From positions 62,001 through 126,000 of the forward strand of contig JAQGDQ010000186.1 in assembly GCA_030141605.1 (NCBI GenBank): a stretch of DNA of 64,000 nucleotides. Direction: 5' to 3'. The position numbers and the translations under genes are program-made. Source of the stretch: Tubiluchus corallicola (taxonomy: Eukaryota; Animalia; Priapulida). Shown here one piece after another: positions 1 to 12,835 of this stretch (positions within the stretch are counted from its first letter, which is position 1; every line of letters begins with the position of its first letter). The notes below the pieces were generated by a model. The model had not been told where the DNA came from, did not search any database, and was given only the letters and a program-made list of their open reading frames with translations.

Positions 1-44
1 TGCATATAACTATATCATAATTATTTATAAAACATCATACTTAC

Positions 45-192
45 CTCCAACCATTTTGTTTTTCTTTTTTTCAAATGCAACTAGAATTTTAGTAAGTAAT
101 TCTGTATGAGTTCTGTCATCCTGAATTGCTTCACAGAAATACATGAATCCTCGAAAACCCCTTTGTTTTAGGATATCTAAAAACCGGTTTAC
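45..192 (-). CDS. BCL10-like CARD protein, coding exon 3 (gene continues beyond left edge)
   Basis: Acceptor tttcag| at 192, donor |gtaagt after 45. Translates VNRFLDILKQRGFRGFMYFCEAIQDDRTHTELLTKILVAFEKKKNKMVG, i.e. CARD helices 4-6; DRTHTELLTKI resembles BCL10 EKTQNFLIQKI. Phase 0 in, phase 1 out. Confidence 0.8.
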
Positions 193-2418
193 CTGAAAGT
201 TTCAATAATTTTTAATCAAATGCAATGAGTACCTGCAGCTTTGGATAATCTATGCAATTTTGGTGAAAGATTACTACTCCGTAGATTGTAATAGGCAAAC
301 ACCAAACTTCAAACAAACCACGGAGCTGTTTAGCTACTCAAAATTCTTCGTCAATATTTTCTGATGTAAGTATAATGTTAGAAAACATTAAATCCCAGAC
401 ATAACTATGATTTAAAGCTATTTAGCCTTGCTTGGAAATTCATTTACTGATCGTGAAAGGACATATTACTAGAGCAATATATATTTGCCTTCCTCGAATA
501 GACAAATTACCTTTGCAGGTATCTCAGGCAACTACCCCTCCCAATCAGATTAGCCATCTTGGGATCCACAGCTACTAATTTTGATGAATAAACTAGGAAC
601 TAATGTGTTCTTTAAACTTAATTGTTTCATATAGGCTATAACTTACAATCTCTCATAATTGTCTTCTCAAGAAGTTTAGCATGATAGGCTTTGATTTCTA
701 ATCACTCTAAATTTGGTGGACATAGAACTGCTGTAGAAACTTTATAGCATACTAAGGAAGTTTTGAAGAACTTGTAAGAAATTTGTAGCAGTTGTAGAAA
801 GATAATTTTTGATTGAAGTTAAAGATCTAGCTGGTTCACTCTGGTGATTAGAATAAAGTATATGAAACAAGTGTTGAACTGTAAAGCTTTTGTTTATAAT
901 AGTAACACATCCTTCACACTATGTACAGGGAAAAGAGATACACATGCAGATGGTGTCAACTCAGTAGTAATAAGCCAATCAGCCCACAGGCAGGCCCTGG
1001 CAGAGCACTTGTATCTGCTGGGCCCTCCTGACTGGGCAGAGAATCTCAATAGCCAAGTATATGACCATATATGGGAAGCTTAGCAGATACAGGTGACTGA
1101 GCAGCACAGACCAAGGCAATCCTAGTTTAAAATTGGGTGGAATGATAATAATAAACAAATTGAAATGTAGGTAACACCACATGTTCAATTATTTTGTAGT
1201 AGTAGTTTATAAGCATTGAATACATGAAGCACGAGTGAAAATGCGTGGCAAATGCCTTCTTCCAAATTCCACGCAAGAACTCACTAATAATATTTTGATA
1301 AGCTTGCGACTCACCAACAAATATTATGGTCTTTGGGCACTTCAATATCCAGCTTCTCCAAATTGTTCATCAAACAGTCATCTGTTAGGAAAAAACTGCT
1401 TGGAGTCCCTTCTTGATGATACACTCAAGATTATATATCTCTTTTGGAGTTTTTAAAGCTGCAGATGACATCATTGCCTACGTTCTGTCTTTTGGTCCAA
1501 GCTGAGCATAGATCAATTCATATCATCAAGTACCTTTGTGCTTAAACCTATTTTCAAAACTTCCATTCGCTCTTTTGTGTGCACTTATCAATGCCCAAAG
1601 AAAACATTTTTGAAACTTGCTAAAACATCATGGCTTTGATGAGTCACATCATTTATTTCACGATGCTACCGATCATCAGTAATGTCTTTGAAGCCACAAT
1701 GAATGAGAATTTACTGAGACTAAGTTATAGCTATTGATATATCCAGGTTTTAGTATGGGGGACAGGACATTTGAGTGTGGAAAATTGGGCGATGGCTCAT
1801 TTGAGCATGAGACATTTCGATGCCAATGCGCACACAAATTGTATTACGTTAATCGCGGAAGAAATATATTAATATTGTGAAATGCTAAAAATCTCATGGT
1901 TTAGTAGTAGTGTGTTGTCTATTACATCGTCACATCTCAACAATTAAAGATTGTGTTTTCACAAGAGGAGTATGAAATCAATGTTCTTTAAGGCCCTGTA
2001 ACAGACCATCTTTGTTTTACCATTCAGCACTGAACCACCAGACTTTATGCTTTCTAAACTTGCAATCTATGCTCATTTGATATAATATAAGCATTGCAAT
2101 TCTACAACATCAAGTTGATAGTACCTGAAGTGGTTCAAATGCAATGTGCGCTTTATGTGGTACAAATAGGCGTAATGGCTCAGAAACTTGTTTTTCAGAC
2201 TTCCCAATGCTTACCGACAAGCTCACAGACAAATTATTCGACACATAGAATTATTACTTATTTCTTTTTAGTACTCACAAGTAGGTGTATCCAGCATTCA
2301 GAGTAAATCTACCTAACATTCACTGGTAGGTATCTTTCACCATTGCCCACAAAACTTACCATGCGCATGCAAACAGTAAGCCTCCCATGTACTTACAGTA
2401 TACCTCTCCAGCACTCAC

Positions 2419-2562
2419 CTGCCTGCTTCTTGTTCTTTCTGCCATAATGTCATCTTCCTCATCCCCACTCAACATTCTTTTTGACTTTAAATAGTTAATG
2501 AATTGAAAATGACATCTTAAATCTAGTAATCTACTGAGTTCACTCCTCAAGTCTTCTAACAC
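2419..2562 (-). CDS. BCL10-like CARD protein, coding exon 2
   Basis: ttctgcag| acceptor, |gtgagt donor; 144 nt, phase 0/0. VLEDLRSELSRLLDLRCHFQFINYLKSKRMLSGDEEDDIMAERTRSRQ fits CARD helices 1-3 (YLxSKxxLSxxxxxxI pattern). Confidence 0.85.
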
Positions 2563-4031
2563 CTGCAGAAATAAATGAAATTAGTAATATAATGACGTTC
2601 ATTTAGGCACATGTTTCAATCAAGCACAGTATTTTGACAGGTATTGACCATAGAATTTGCTAAAATATATTAGCATGTTTTTTTAGTAGCCATGGGATCA
2701 TACTATTATTAACAATTATTAGTAGAAAGTTAGTGCTGCCACCTATCAGTATCAAGTATATCAACCTCCTCTTGTGGTGATGTACATAATTAATAAAAAA
2801 CTAAAAAAGTGCACATGAATTGCTGTTACTGCATAAAGTTGCCTTGAAGCTTTCAAAAATGCCCAGAAAATACAATTATACTTTACTATAACTTACGTAT
2901 GTACATAACTCGCTTTTCATCAGCAAGTACGACTTATCAAACAGAGACTAAAAAGTTAACCAAGAATGAGCACCTGTTGTAACTTGTAGGAGCAATACTT
3001 GATGCCATACCTGGTGGTATGAATAACAGCTTGTTATGACATTCATTAAACGTTAAAAATATGTTAGAAACCCTGTTCTTTTGCTTGGTTTCTGTGAGAA
3101 TCTCCATAATGATAATGATAATTACACTATTAACTATTATGAACTAAACTTAAAAAATATACCAACATTTGTGATCGACATCCAGTTTTAAATGTAAAGT
3201 AGCACAATTGCAGCTTGAGCAATAACCATTAACCAAAGGTAAGAAAATTGATATAATGGTTAACCTTACAGTAAAGTTTAGCATTTATATAATTTAAAGT
3301 TCTACTGGTAAGGCATGATTAATAAAAATACAGTGATTCAAAATTGCTTTGTTTTACAACCTGTACATTACGCATGAGCACTCAGGACCTGGCGTGAATT
3401 TATCACAAGTTGCTATTTAATGAATTCTAATGATTATTGTTTTGTAAAGAGACAGTTTTACAAACATTGAGGCTATGATTGTGCTTGGAATCCAGCCTAT
3501 GACATTTTTGGTTGAAATACTGACAATGAGCTTGCTTCGTAGCATTCGATTTTATCTTTCACGTTTGACTGAGCCACAGCAGGACTTCCAGTAAACATGC
3601 TGCCATGTTTAGGCAGCCAAGACAGGTATAGTCAAATAAACCTGGTTTCTACAGTAGAGATACGCTACTTGTACTAAGAAATGAAAGACCAGTTTATTCA
3701 GCTTTGATAATAAGATCCATAAAAAGCTTCAGACATTCAACTTAATAAAGAAATTTATCGTGACAAGAGGGTAAACATAAGATGAGAAAATATGTCTAAC
3801 AAACTCGCATTTTGACACCAATTCGGAAGTTCAACATAATTTGTTATGACCTTTAAAAAAATTGACAACCTGACTCTAACGGCAGTTGTCTTTTGATCTA
3901 CAAAAAGCTAAATATTCAATAAGGTATAAAAGATGAACTTCTGAATATTCTGTTACTGCTATGGAAACTGCAAGATGTAAACACAGATATGCTGATAAAT
4001 ATACCGGGTGGTTTATGTTTTACCACAACAA

Positions 4032-4453
4032 ATTTGAAAGTAAATACACCAAGTAAACTGATTAATGTTATAGACTGTAATTTATTGTATGTAGAAAAAA
4101 CAGGTGCTGGAGTGGCAATTTTTCTATATAGCTCTTTTTTAATAGGTTATTAAAACAACAGCAAGTGAAATAGGTTTCTCACTTGGAGTCTGTTTGGATC
4201 AAATGTAAGGCAAATAAAAGACAGACAATTATTATAGTCTGTCTATTATTTGAAAGTAAATACACCAAGTAAACTGATTAATGTTATAGACTGTAATTTA
4301 TTGTATGTAGAAAAAACAGGCGCTGGAGTGGCAATTTTTCTATATAGCTCTTTTTTAATAGGTTATTAAAACAACAGCAAGTGAAATAGGTTTCTCACTT
4401 GGAGTCTGTTTGGATCAAATGTAAGGCAAATAAAAGACAGACAATTATTATAG
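4032..4453. repeat. Near-perfect tandem duplication, ~206-bp unit, period 216
   Basis: atttgaaagtaaatacacc...ttattatag occurs at 4032-4237 and again at 4248-4453 with about one substitution. Confidence 0.9.
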
Positions 4454-5157
4454 CATTATATACAGATCACCAAGTACTACAGTAAATTATCAAATCGACT
4501 TGTATTACCACAAATTCGAATACTGGAGACAGTAATTTCTAGCAAACTACCCATCACTGCCATTGATCTTAACAAGCAATTTTAATTCTGACCGAGACAC
4601 AAATGCATATGGTGCAATCAGACTTGAACGCTTACAACTGTATGATTCGTGATTTGTGAACCCACATACAGGGCACTCTATCACAATCCATGTCTAAATT
4701 ATTTTGTCCAGTTATCGAGTGTTTAATATAGCGGATTGGCACACTTTATTAATTCAACAGAATATATGCCTATCACTCCTAACTTTCATCTGTGGTCACC
4801 AGTAAATTATTGCGGAATAAGTTACTGTTATCATAAAAATGCCATTTAAAGAAATTTTGCAGACGATTATGAATATATTTTAACCCGAATAAGTAATTTC
4901 TACAAGTCATCTAGTCTTTTTGTTCCTAGAAATGTGACTAGGTGGGTTTACTGAAAAAAAAGTAATTTTTCGTAATTATTAATATCATCATGATCAACTT
5001 CATTGTCATAACTATTATTATTTATAAATATGCACACTTGTGTTCTTAATACACAGTGCAGTTTTGCACGATAATCAGATTTAAATTTATGTAGCTTTTG
5101 CGTTAGTAGATTAGTTTAATCTACCTTTAAAAACTTCACATCTCATGTTGTGATGCC

Positions 5158-5464
5158 ATGTGACGGCCCCATAGGTCTATGGTGCCTCACTTCAATACCG
5201 GCATCAGTTTGCCAGGGCTATATTTGCCCTTGCACCTTGTTTGGGCATAGAGAGTAATAGGTGTTTACTTTGTTCTAGCTCTTCCCCCTTACAGTGGCAA
5301 TCGCTTATTCTGCAGTGTCAGGCAGACTTGCTTGACACTGACCTATCTTCTGATTTTCTGATATTTGACCTTGCACCCAGTAATAACAATAGTGGGTGCA
5401 AGGGCAAATATAGCCCAAACTGATGCCGGTATTGAAGAACCATAGACCTATGGGGCCGTCACAT
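5158..5464. mobile_element. Foldback/MITE-like element with ~70-80 bp terminal inverted repeats
   Basis: atgtgacggccccataggtctatgg...gcccttgcacc (5158-5236) is mirrored by ggtgcaagggc...ccatagacctatggggccgtcacat (5395-5464). No clear TSD. Confidence 0.75.
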
Positions 5465-7992
5465 CCCAGATGATTTTTTTATAAAGCTCTCACTTTGTTC
5501 TGCCAGAACAGGTTGTTCATATTAAATTTTAATCAAGAGGTGGACTAACTCGTATACATACAGTGGGTATCGTAAAGGAGGCAACAGGAAAAAATAAGTG
5601 TTGAGGTGCACAGACAAGTAGGAAATACTTAATAAAGTGCATTGCTGTAGGATAGTGTACACTAGCATAGGGGATAGAAATGCTTGCCAATCTGTGAGTG
5701 CTGACCAGCAATCGTCAGTCCTTCATATCAAATACGTGATCACTCGGCGAAAATCGATAGGGACCAGGACTGCAAAAAGTGCCCAGGGACATGGTGGTAA
5801 CAGCCGTGTCTGTTTAGACAATGTTTTGCTTTCGGACCAATTTCTAAGTTTTTCTGTAACTCCAAATACTACTGTTGAGAAGAGTGTCGATCTACAGTTC
5901 ATCATTGTAAAGTTGCTAGTACAATTTCTATTGCCAGGAAAAAACAAAGCCACTATTTAGATGTGGACAAAAATGAGATGTGGCAACTACTAGAGAAAAG
6001 GTGATTTCTGCATGACATCTCTCAGGCAGGTTTGAGCAAATTAGTTCCAAACTCATAACCGTGTGATCTTCAGTGTGAAAAATTTTCATCCAAATTTCTG
6101 CCAATACTAGACAACATTTGATCAACACATTTCTGTGTGCGAGTCAGTGTGACATACAAGTTCGAAACACTAACCTGCCACAGCTATCAGTGGATACTCG
6201 ACCACTTATTCATGATCACTGTGCACCAGTGGCTTCAGGAAATCCAATAAACAAATTAACACTGTTACTTGGTGAGCCATTTGTTGTGAGTGAATATATC
6301 AAAGTGAAATAACAAATATCTTAAAGTGAGAATATCAAAAGTAGCTCTTAAATCAATTATTACTCAGAAGAATTTTTTATTGCCTCTGTCTACTGATGAC
6401 TAATGACTGTTTTGTTGTTGAAACAGAAAGTTTACATGTGACTCCGTTATACAAGAAAGTTTAATGACTGAAGTTATACCAGTTTATCTGTTAGACTACC
6501 AAATGTTCATAACAATTATCTCAGTTTATGCCCTGTTACCCAATGTGTCCAAAATAAATGGGGATCTGTGCAAGATCAAGTGAAACTAATATAGATAAAT
6601 TAATTTCCTTCATGACTATGAATATTTGGATGGTTATGCCATCCCCAAATAAAATTGCCCATAATAGCATGGCCTAACTTCACAAGCTACTAGTGCAAAC
6701 CACTTTATATGCTGAACGAGATTTAAATTTCCTAGCTAGCTCTCTAAATTTAATATTTAATTTTGTTTAATTCAATGGAGTAATTAACAGGATGATTTGC
6801 AAAATTTTCACAGAGCTTTCATTTCAAAATCTTCTAGCTTCCAAATGATAGCTTGTATCTAAAACTGTTCAATGAAAAACTGTAGCACATTCATTTCTGC
6901 ATAAATTTTGCAAAAGTTGTTCAAGTCAGTCTAAGTTTGTACATTTGACAGCTGTTCAAATGCGTTAAGATATTAGGAAATTTGTACAGGAATGCAATGT
7001 TTGCTGCAAGTGAGTCTGCAATGCGCTGGCTATTGAGTTACCAGTAGGGACTCCCAGCACGATCATTGCATTTTTTAAGTAAGTTAGTGTAGATCAGTAT
7101 AATGTTTTATCAATTTGTTTATTTGCAATAGATTGAGCACATCCTGAAAGCTTGGCAGCATGCATAGAGTACTGTCAAGAAGTAACATGTACAAAAACTG
7201 CCAGCATTTACTATTTACAGGTAACTCACTGCTGCCCATGTGACAAATCCAGCTGTGAAATTATTCCAAATTTAAAAAAATACACAAAAACACTGTTGAT
7301 ATTTTTTCACTTTTATCGTAGATTCAAAAGCATGATAACATTCAAGTGTGTTCAGAGTAGAGCTGACTCATCAGATGAAAACAAAGACTATATGCAATTA
7401 ATAGCCTGTGATAATAAGTGCAGTGCAGAGCAATGTCCGCTGCTACATTGTACAATTGCAAAGCAAAATTTTTATCCATCAGTTTGCACAAAATTTCTTC
7501 AAAGTCTGAAAATGAAGAAAACAACAGGACTTATTTTGGTCTTATATAATTTTCTTGTATTTGACCAGTTTCTTTTCCAAATTTCATGAAGTTTGGAGAG
7601 TGAAAGCTTTAGGTAATAAGGCATTGTTTTTACCCATCACAGTAGATGAGCAGTGTATATACCTGTTAGGAAGGAGTTAAAAAGTTAGAATGTACATAAC
7701 AAAGCTGATGCAATTAAAAATGTAATGTAAGATGAATAAGCAGTAAATTAAACATTGACCGGTGAAAAAGATGAAATTTACATGTATAAAGCAAATAAAG
7801 CATGTTTTTGATCTTGCAAACTAGCACTGCTTATTGACATCTGTCCGAGTGTATTCGTGGTGTTATACATGCATATCACACGTCAAGAATTAGATTGCAA
7901 TTCTAACGCCAAAAAATAATTTAAAAGTTACACAAATTTTAAATGTTTGATCTTAGGATGTATAGTAGGAAATAAACCAAATTCAAACATAC

Positions 7993-8019
7993 CTCACATG
8001 CAACGATATCATCTGCCAT
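7993..8019 (-). CDS. BCL10-like CARD protein, probable first coding exon (MADDIVACE)
   Basis: ATG GCA GAT GAT ATC GTT GCA TGT GAG|gtatgt joins in phase 0 to the exon at 2562. An acceptor-like tag lies at 8044-8046, implying an upstream non-coding exon. Confidence 0.65.
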
Positions 8020-9341
8020 AGGACTGGTACGAGCAACCAAAATCTAATACAAATTTTGAAGCAAGATTCACATCAAAGTCTACCAACAAAATGTTCGCAC
8101 TTGTAGGCTGTAGATGCGTTTCTCAACAGAAAAGAGTTTGTCACATCAATTTCATATCAGAGGCGTAGCTAAGGTGGGCGGCAGTCCAGCTCGAACAGCA
8201 CGTGTACTGAAAATGCTGATTCTGTGGGAACAGCAGAAAGAGAAATGCTTAACTTAATTGCCCACGAAAATCACTGCTTATAGCGCGTATTGCATAAAGT
8301 TTCCTGCAAAAAAGATAATAATGTATCAATGATAATTAGTAAATTAATAGCTTTGTGATATTTACATAGTCTTTCACTCTCTGCTTTCAAAATTTCTGTG
8401 CAATACACATTCATAAAGTAAAGTATAAGCCGCAAAGTAACCTGTAACATTTGCTTTTTGAAGTGTGCAGGGTAAATTTATTGCATCCCCAGCTAGCATT
8501 TTTTGCTAGCGTTTTTAATGCTTTATTATTCTACCAGTTTTTCTACACATGAATGCTGCTTTTAGAAAGAACAAAAGTCTAGAGAGAAAATCATTAAAAA
8601 AAAAGTGAAGGGGCACTGCTGAAATACCTTGGTCATAAGGACTCTGCTACTGCTAAAACTAAAGTAATTTCTGAGCCTACCATTACTGGTGAAACTGGAT
8701 CGCTTTTTGAACCTATTATTACTGAGGAAACTGAAGTCATTTCTGAGCTCCATAATATTTTTGTATTTTCCCACATATCGGTTTCATTTTTTGTTTGATG
8801 TGTTCAGCATATCATGCATGGATTGTTGTTAGCTTATGGAATGGAGCAGTTTCAAAATAATTTTTAGTGCCATACAGTTTGATTTTATTCCGTCATTAGC
8901 TTACTAAATTTACAAAATAGAAACAAAATATGCGCACATGTTTTTGATGAGTGTTAATGAATTAAAAATATTATTTTTTGATGTTGCCAGGGTTTTAGAC
9001 CCGAGGCACTACTGCCACAGGAAATATAATCTTAAAGTGCTTAGATTATTTAGATATGCCTTGTTGTTGTTTCAATTTCTCTCTGCTGAGTCTTCAATTT
9101 GTACCTTTTAAAAGCGAAAATTAAACAAGTTAAAAACTGCCTGGTGAGTCAATTAATAAATTTGTTTTCAATTCACAGCATGAACTGAATTTTATGTTAA
9201 ACCCATGGTGCTGAACTGTATCCATAAAATAGATCCGTAACATAAACAGTTTCTCTTCATTGCTTACAGACGGCAATCAAAAGTCAAGTAAAAGGTAGAC
9301 AAATTTTTTACACTAGCACTCTAAATTAACAATGTACTCAG

Positions 9342-10592
9342 CAGAGGCAGCTCATGTATAGGTACTGTGGAATTGCAGCACCCCCTATTTTCACTCAATA
9401 TTTTCGATAATATTCAATACAATAAGTCTTTTTTCTTTAGTTGTATCTTTATACTTGTATGGAACCAGGGCATGCGAGGGTAGTACTATTAGCTTCACAG
9501 CCCAGTGGTATGTTTGGCAGTTGTTAGCATGCTCTCACACTCGCTTGCTCTTAAGCACTTTTTTCACTTTTCATCAAGAATTTTGTGAAATTTCTAAAAG
9601 TTCTTTGAAAATTTTGCTTGTTGGCTGAGTTGCCGTCAGTTTGGCATCATACCATGGATACACACGATCTTCATCGCCAAATCAGCGTGCAAACTAACAT
9701 CGATAAAAAGTGCTAGTTTGCAAGATCAAAAACACGTATTTTGCTCACTTTGTACACATAAATTTCTTGTTTTCCACCAATCAACAATTACTATAGCTCG
9801 CTAGCCCGTTTACTTAGGAGAAAACAATTATTTGATAAAGAGGTAGTGAAACGAATCACCTGTCTGAGACGCAAGACAAAATAAATAAAATAATATACCT
9901 TAACCAATGTTGGAATCCTCTAAAAGCGAGCTTAATCGCGAAGCCAAATTTAATAATGCTCGTTCAACTAGCTCAGAATAAGATTCTTTTATTTTATCAG
10001 ATGTATAATAAATTATTCCAAGTGTACTAACGTTTTCAAGTATTATTATTATTAAATAAACAAGGACAACAGACGTTGCCACTACGATTAACGACTCAAT
10101 TTGTGACCTGTCTCTAGTGTTCTACTTGGCCCAGCCCATGTACGATGCGTCCTATTTAGGCTAGCCCACGTACGGCAATTGTCCTACTTCAGCTAGTCTT
10201 CTACTCCACTCCCGACATCTTGAACTGCGACAATTTAGACTATTCGTAAGCAAAAAATTTTTTCTTTAGGATTTTATCAAGTTTATATGTATAAATTTTC
10301 GTATGTTAGTTTTAAATTACAACATTAAAATTACATATTTAGGAAGCAAAGAAACATACGAAAATTTATACATAAACTTGATAAAATCCTAAGCAATTCG
10401 TAAGCAAACAAACATACGAAAATTTATACATAAACTTGATAAAATCCTAAGCAAAAAAATTTTCGCTTAGGATTTTATCAAGTTTATGTATAAATTTCTG
10501 TATGTTTGTTTTGTTTTATACAGTATTAAAACAAAAAAAAGGCTAAAAATTTTCTGAAGCAGCACCCCACTAATAATTACGAGGTGCCACTG
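9342..10592. mobile_element. Non-autonomous hAT-type DNA transposon
   Basis: Termini CAGAGGCAGCTC...GAGGTGCCACTG form an imperfect TIR, flanked by a perfect 8-bp direct repeat GTACTCAG (9334-9341, 10593-10600). gcagcacccc subterminal motif near both ends. Confidence 0.85.
10243..10510. repeat. Four copies of a ~45-bp unit in mixed orientation (double hairpin)
   Basis: Unit aacatacgaaaatttatacataaacttgataaaatcctaag appears reverse, forward, forward, reverse. Confidence 0.85.
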
Positions 10593-10911
10593 GTACTCAG
10601 AATTAGTTGCCTCACACCTGGTTTCTAAAATCTTCTACATAGGGATATTGCAAGTCAAGGTGTTGTAGTGCAGGTCGGTGGGGTGGAGGGTGCGTGCAGA
10701 AACCGAAGGCAAACTCAAATACCGCGAAGGGCGCCTTAAGTTCTAGCTGCTGCTTCGTCTGTTGTATACATTGGGTAGGCAGAAATTCTAAAGTAAAAGA
10801 AATCAGCACTCAAGACAGGTAAACACTGCAGTACAGTACTACAGCAAAAAACTAGACAAACAGCTGACAGTTTCTTGTCAGCACCAGTTTTGAGGTAAGT
10901 TCAGGGCTGTT

Positions 10912-11495
10912 TATCATCATCATTATCCAATGAATCATACGTCCAGGGACATGATTCTGCTCACCTCCCTATGCCAGGACTCCCTACTCGCTGCAATGCC
11001 CCAAGTGGATTTAGTTCTAAGGATCAATGCTGAAGTGTTTAAATCTTTCTGTGCAAAATCTAAATATGTTAACATTTGTCCTCCTGCAGGTTTTCAAGCT
11101 GGTTCTATGGCTTGTTGAAGAGCTATCTTCACTGGAACATCATCAGATAGTCTAAGCATATGCCCAATCCATCTTAAACGACGTCTTTTTATTTTTCTTG
11201 TCCAAGGTTCTTCTTTTATTTTTTCATATAGATTTTTGTTTGAAATTTTCTTTGGCCATCTAATACCCAAAATGTTTCTGTAATTTCGCCTTTGAAACGC
11301 ATCGATTTCAGCTTTATGATTTGCTTTTAATGTCCAGAGCTCAGAGTTATACAGAAATACAGTTTCAACTAAGGCTGAGAATATTCTAATTTTTGTTTCC
11401 AAAGAAATCTTCCTATTCTCAAAAACTTTTGTGAGTTTTGAGTAAGCTGATAATGCCATTATCTTCCGTCTTGATATGTCATCTTCTGTTGCCAA
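10912..11495 (-). mobile_element. 5'-truncated non-LTR retrotransposon (RTE-like), 3' end of RT ORF
   Basis: ORF 11094-11495 has LYNSELWTL...IDAFQRRNYRNILGIRW...RRRLRWIGHMLR, typical of RTE-group RT C-termini. The frame continues past one in-frame TGA (KPAGGQMLTYLDFAQKDL...ASRESW) and the element ends in a short (TGA)n tail. Confidence 0.85.
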
Positions 11496-11879
11496 TAGTG
11501 CGGTAGTGGTGCTGACAAGCCACTGACTTTAATTTTTCATCTAAATTAAAGTATTTTGTCTTAAATGCTCGCCTGCTTATATGGCTGGGCATCCTGCTCT
11601 CTGCAGGGCTCTTTAACTAAAATGCTTCACATCAACTAATATGAAAAATCTTCGTCTTCGCACATATCAGTTTCTCATCACATCCTGTTGGTCTGCATTT
11701 CTTTCGCCGCCATTATAAATGATCAAACCATAGATATAATTTTGCCGCCAAGTCATGTAAGTTCGGGAGAGTTCTGTGGAAACACTCCGTCTCTCCCTCT
11801 CTTGTTGTCTCTTCTCTCTGTCTTTCTTTGTCTTTCGCGATCACTCTCGGGTTTTGCTTCCTAACTTCTCTCCAGTTAC

Positions 11880-12226
11880 CAGGAATGAGCATCGAACGTT
11901 CGAGTTACAGGTTCGAATAATTCAGGATTTCAACTGCTTACGTTTTTTTGAATTTCATACGTTTTAGCACAATTTTGTAGCTATTTCTGTGCGAGATTTT
12001 TAAACTTATTATTAGTGGTTTTATTGCAGAAAAAATCGAGTACTTTAGGGACTATGCATGATCTTTGTAAAACCACTTTTTACTTAAAGTCCAAAAATTT
12101 GTTCCAAAGTCTTTCAAACTCAATTCGAATTTTATTTGAATTCGAAATGCTGAATTTTGGCTTGATTCGAATTCGAAAGTCAAAAATGCAATTCGATTTA
12201 GATTTCTGATAGAGAATGCTCATCCA
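11880..12226 (-). mobile_element. MITE copy A (GAATTCG-rich family)
   Basis: Reverse complement aligns with 12836-13243 (gagcattctctaNcagaaa...tgactttcgaattcgaatc...ttcgaattgag). Confidence 0.7.
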
Positions 12227-12835
12227 ATCCAAGTATTTCTAAGTTTACAGTTAGAAAACCATGCACCTGTTGATAATAATATAGAACAATGGCACTGAAT
12301 TTATTGTTGAAAAGGCGAAAGCTCACGCTTTTTTCTATTATATTAGGTGGAGAAAGCAACACTGATTGTTGTTGTGATAATGTGTCCACTCAAACATGTA
12401 ATTGAATATTAAATTTGATCTTTTGTTGTACAAAAGCAAACAGAATATCGATCGGATAGAAAGAATGAGAAAATTGCCATCTAAAAATTTGAAAACTATT
12501 TTTGTTGAAAGAGGTGAGGATAATATGCAAGTTACATAGTTTGGAAAAGTAATGTGAAACGTTTTAAATGATAAACGCACTTTCTCAAATTAAGTTATAG
12601 GATTTAAACAATGTATTACTTATTTTTATTTACTAAATTCCATTGCGGGAGGTTTAATTTAGTAGCGTTATGATGCGTGATCACAATTACAATTTTTTAG
12701 TCAGACTTTCAAAATTACATAAAAAATGCAATAATATGTATTTTTATGTGAGCCGCATTTGTAATAGAACCTATATTACTTTTTACAATTAATACACTGA
12801 AAATTGTGTAACGCAAAACATTGTTTACAAAATAG

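Noticed and set aside
1650-1685. Minus-strand CTGATGA...GAAA core
   Set aside because: Stem II is closed by U-U rather than the conserved G-C pair, and no stems I or III.
10874-11519. 13-bp inverted repeat (cttgtcagcacca) flanking the RTE fragment
   Set aside because: LINEs lack TIRs and no TSD was found; it may belong to an older host element or be chance.
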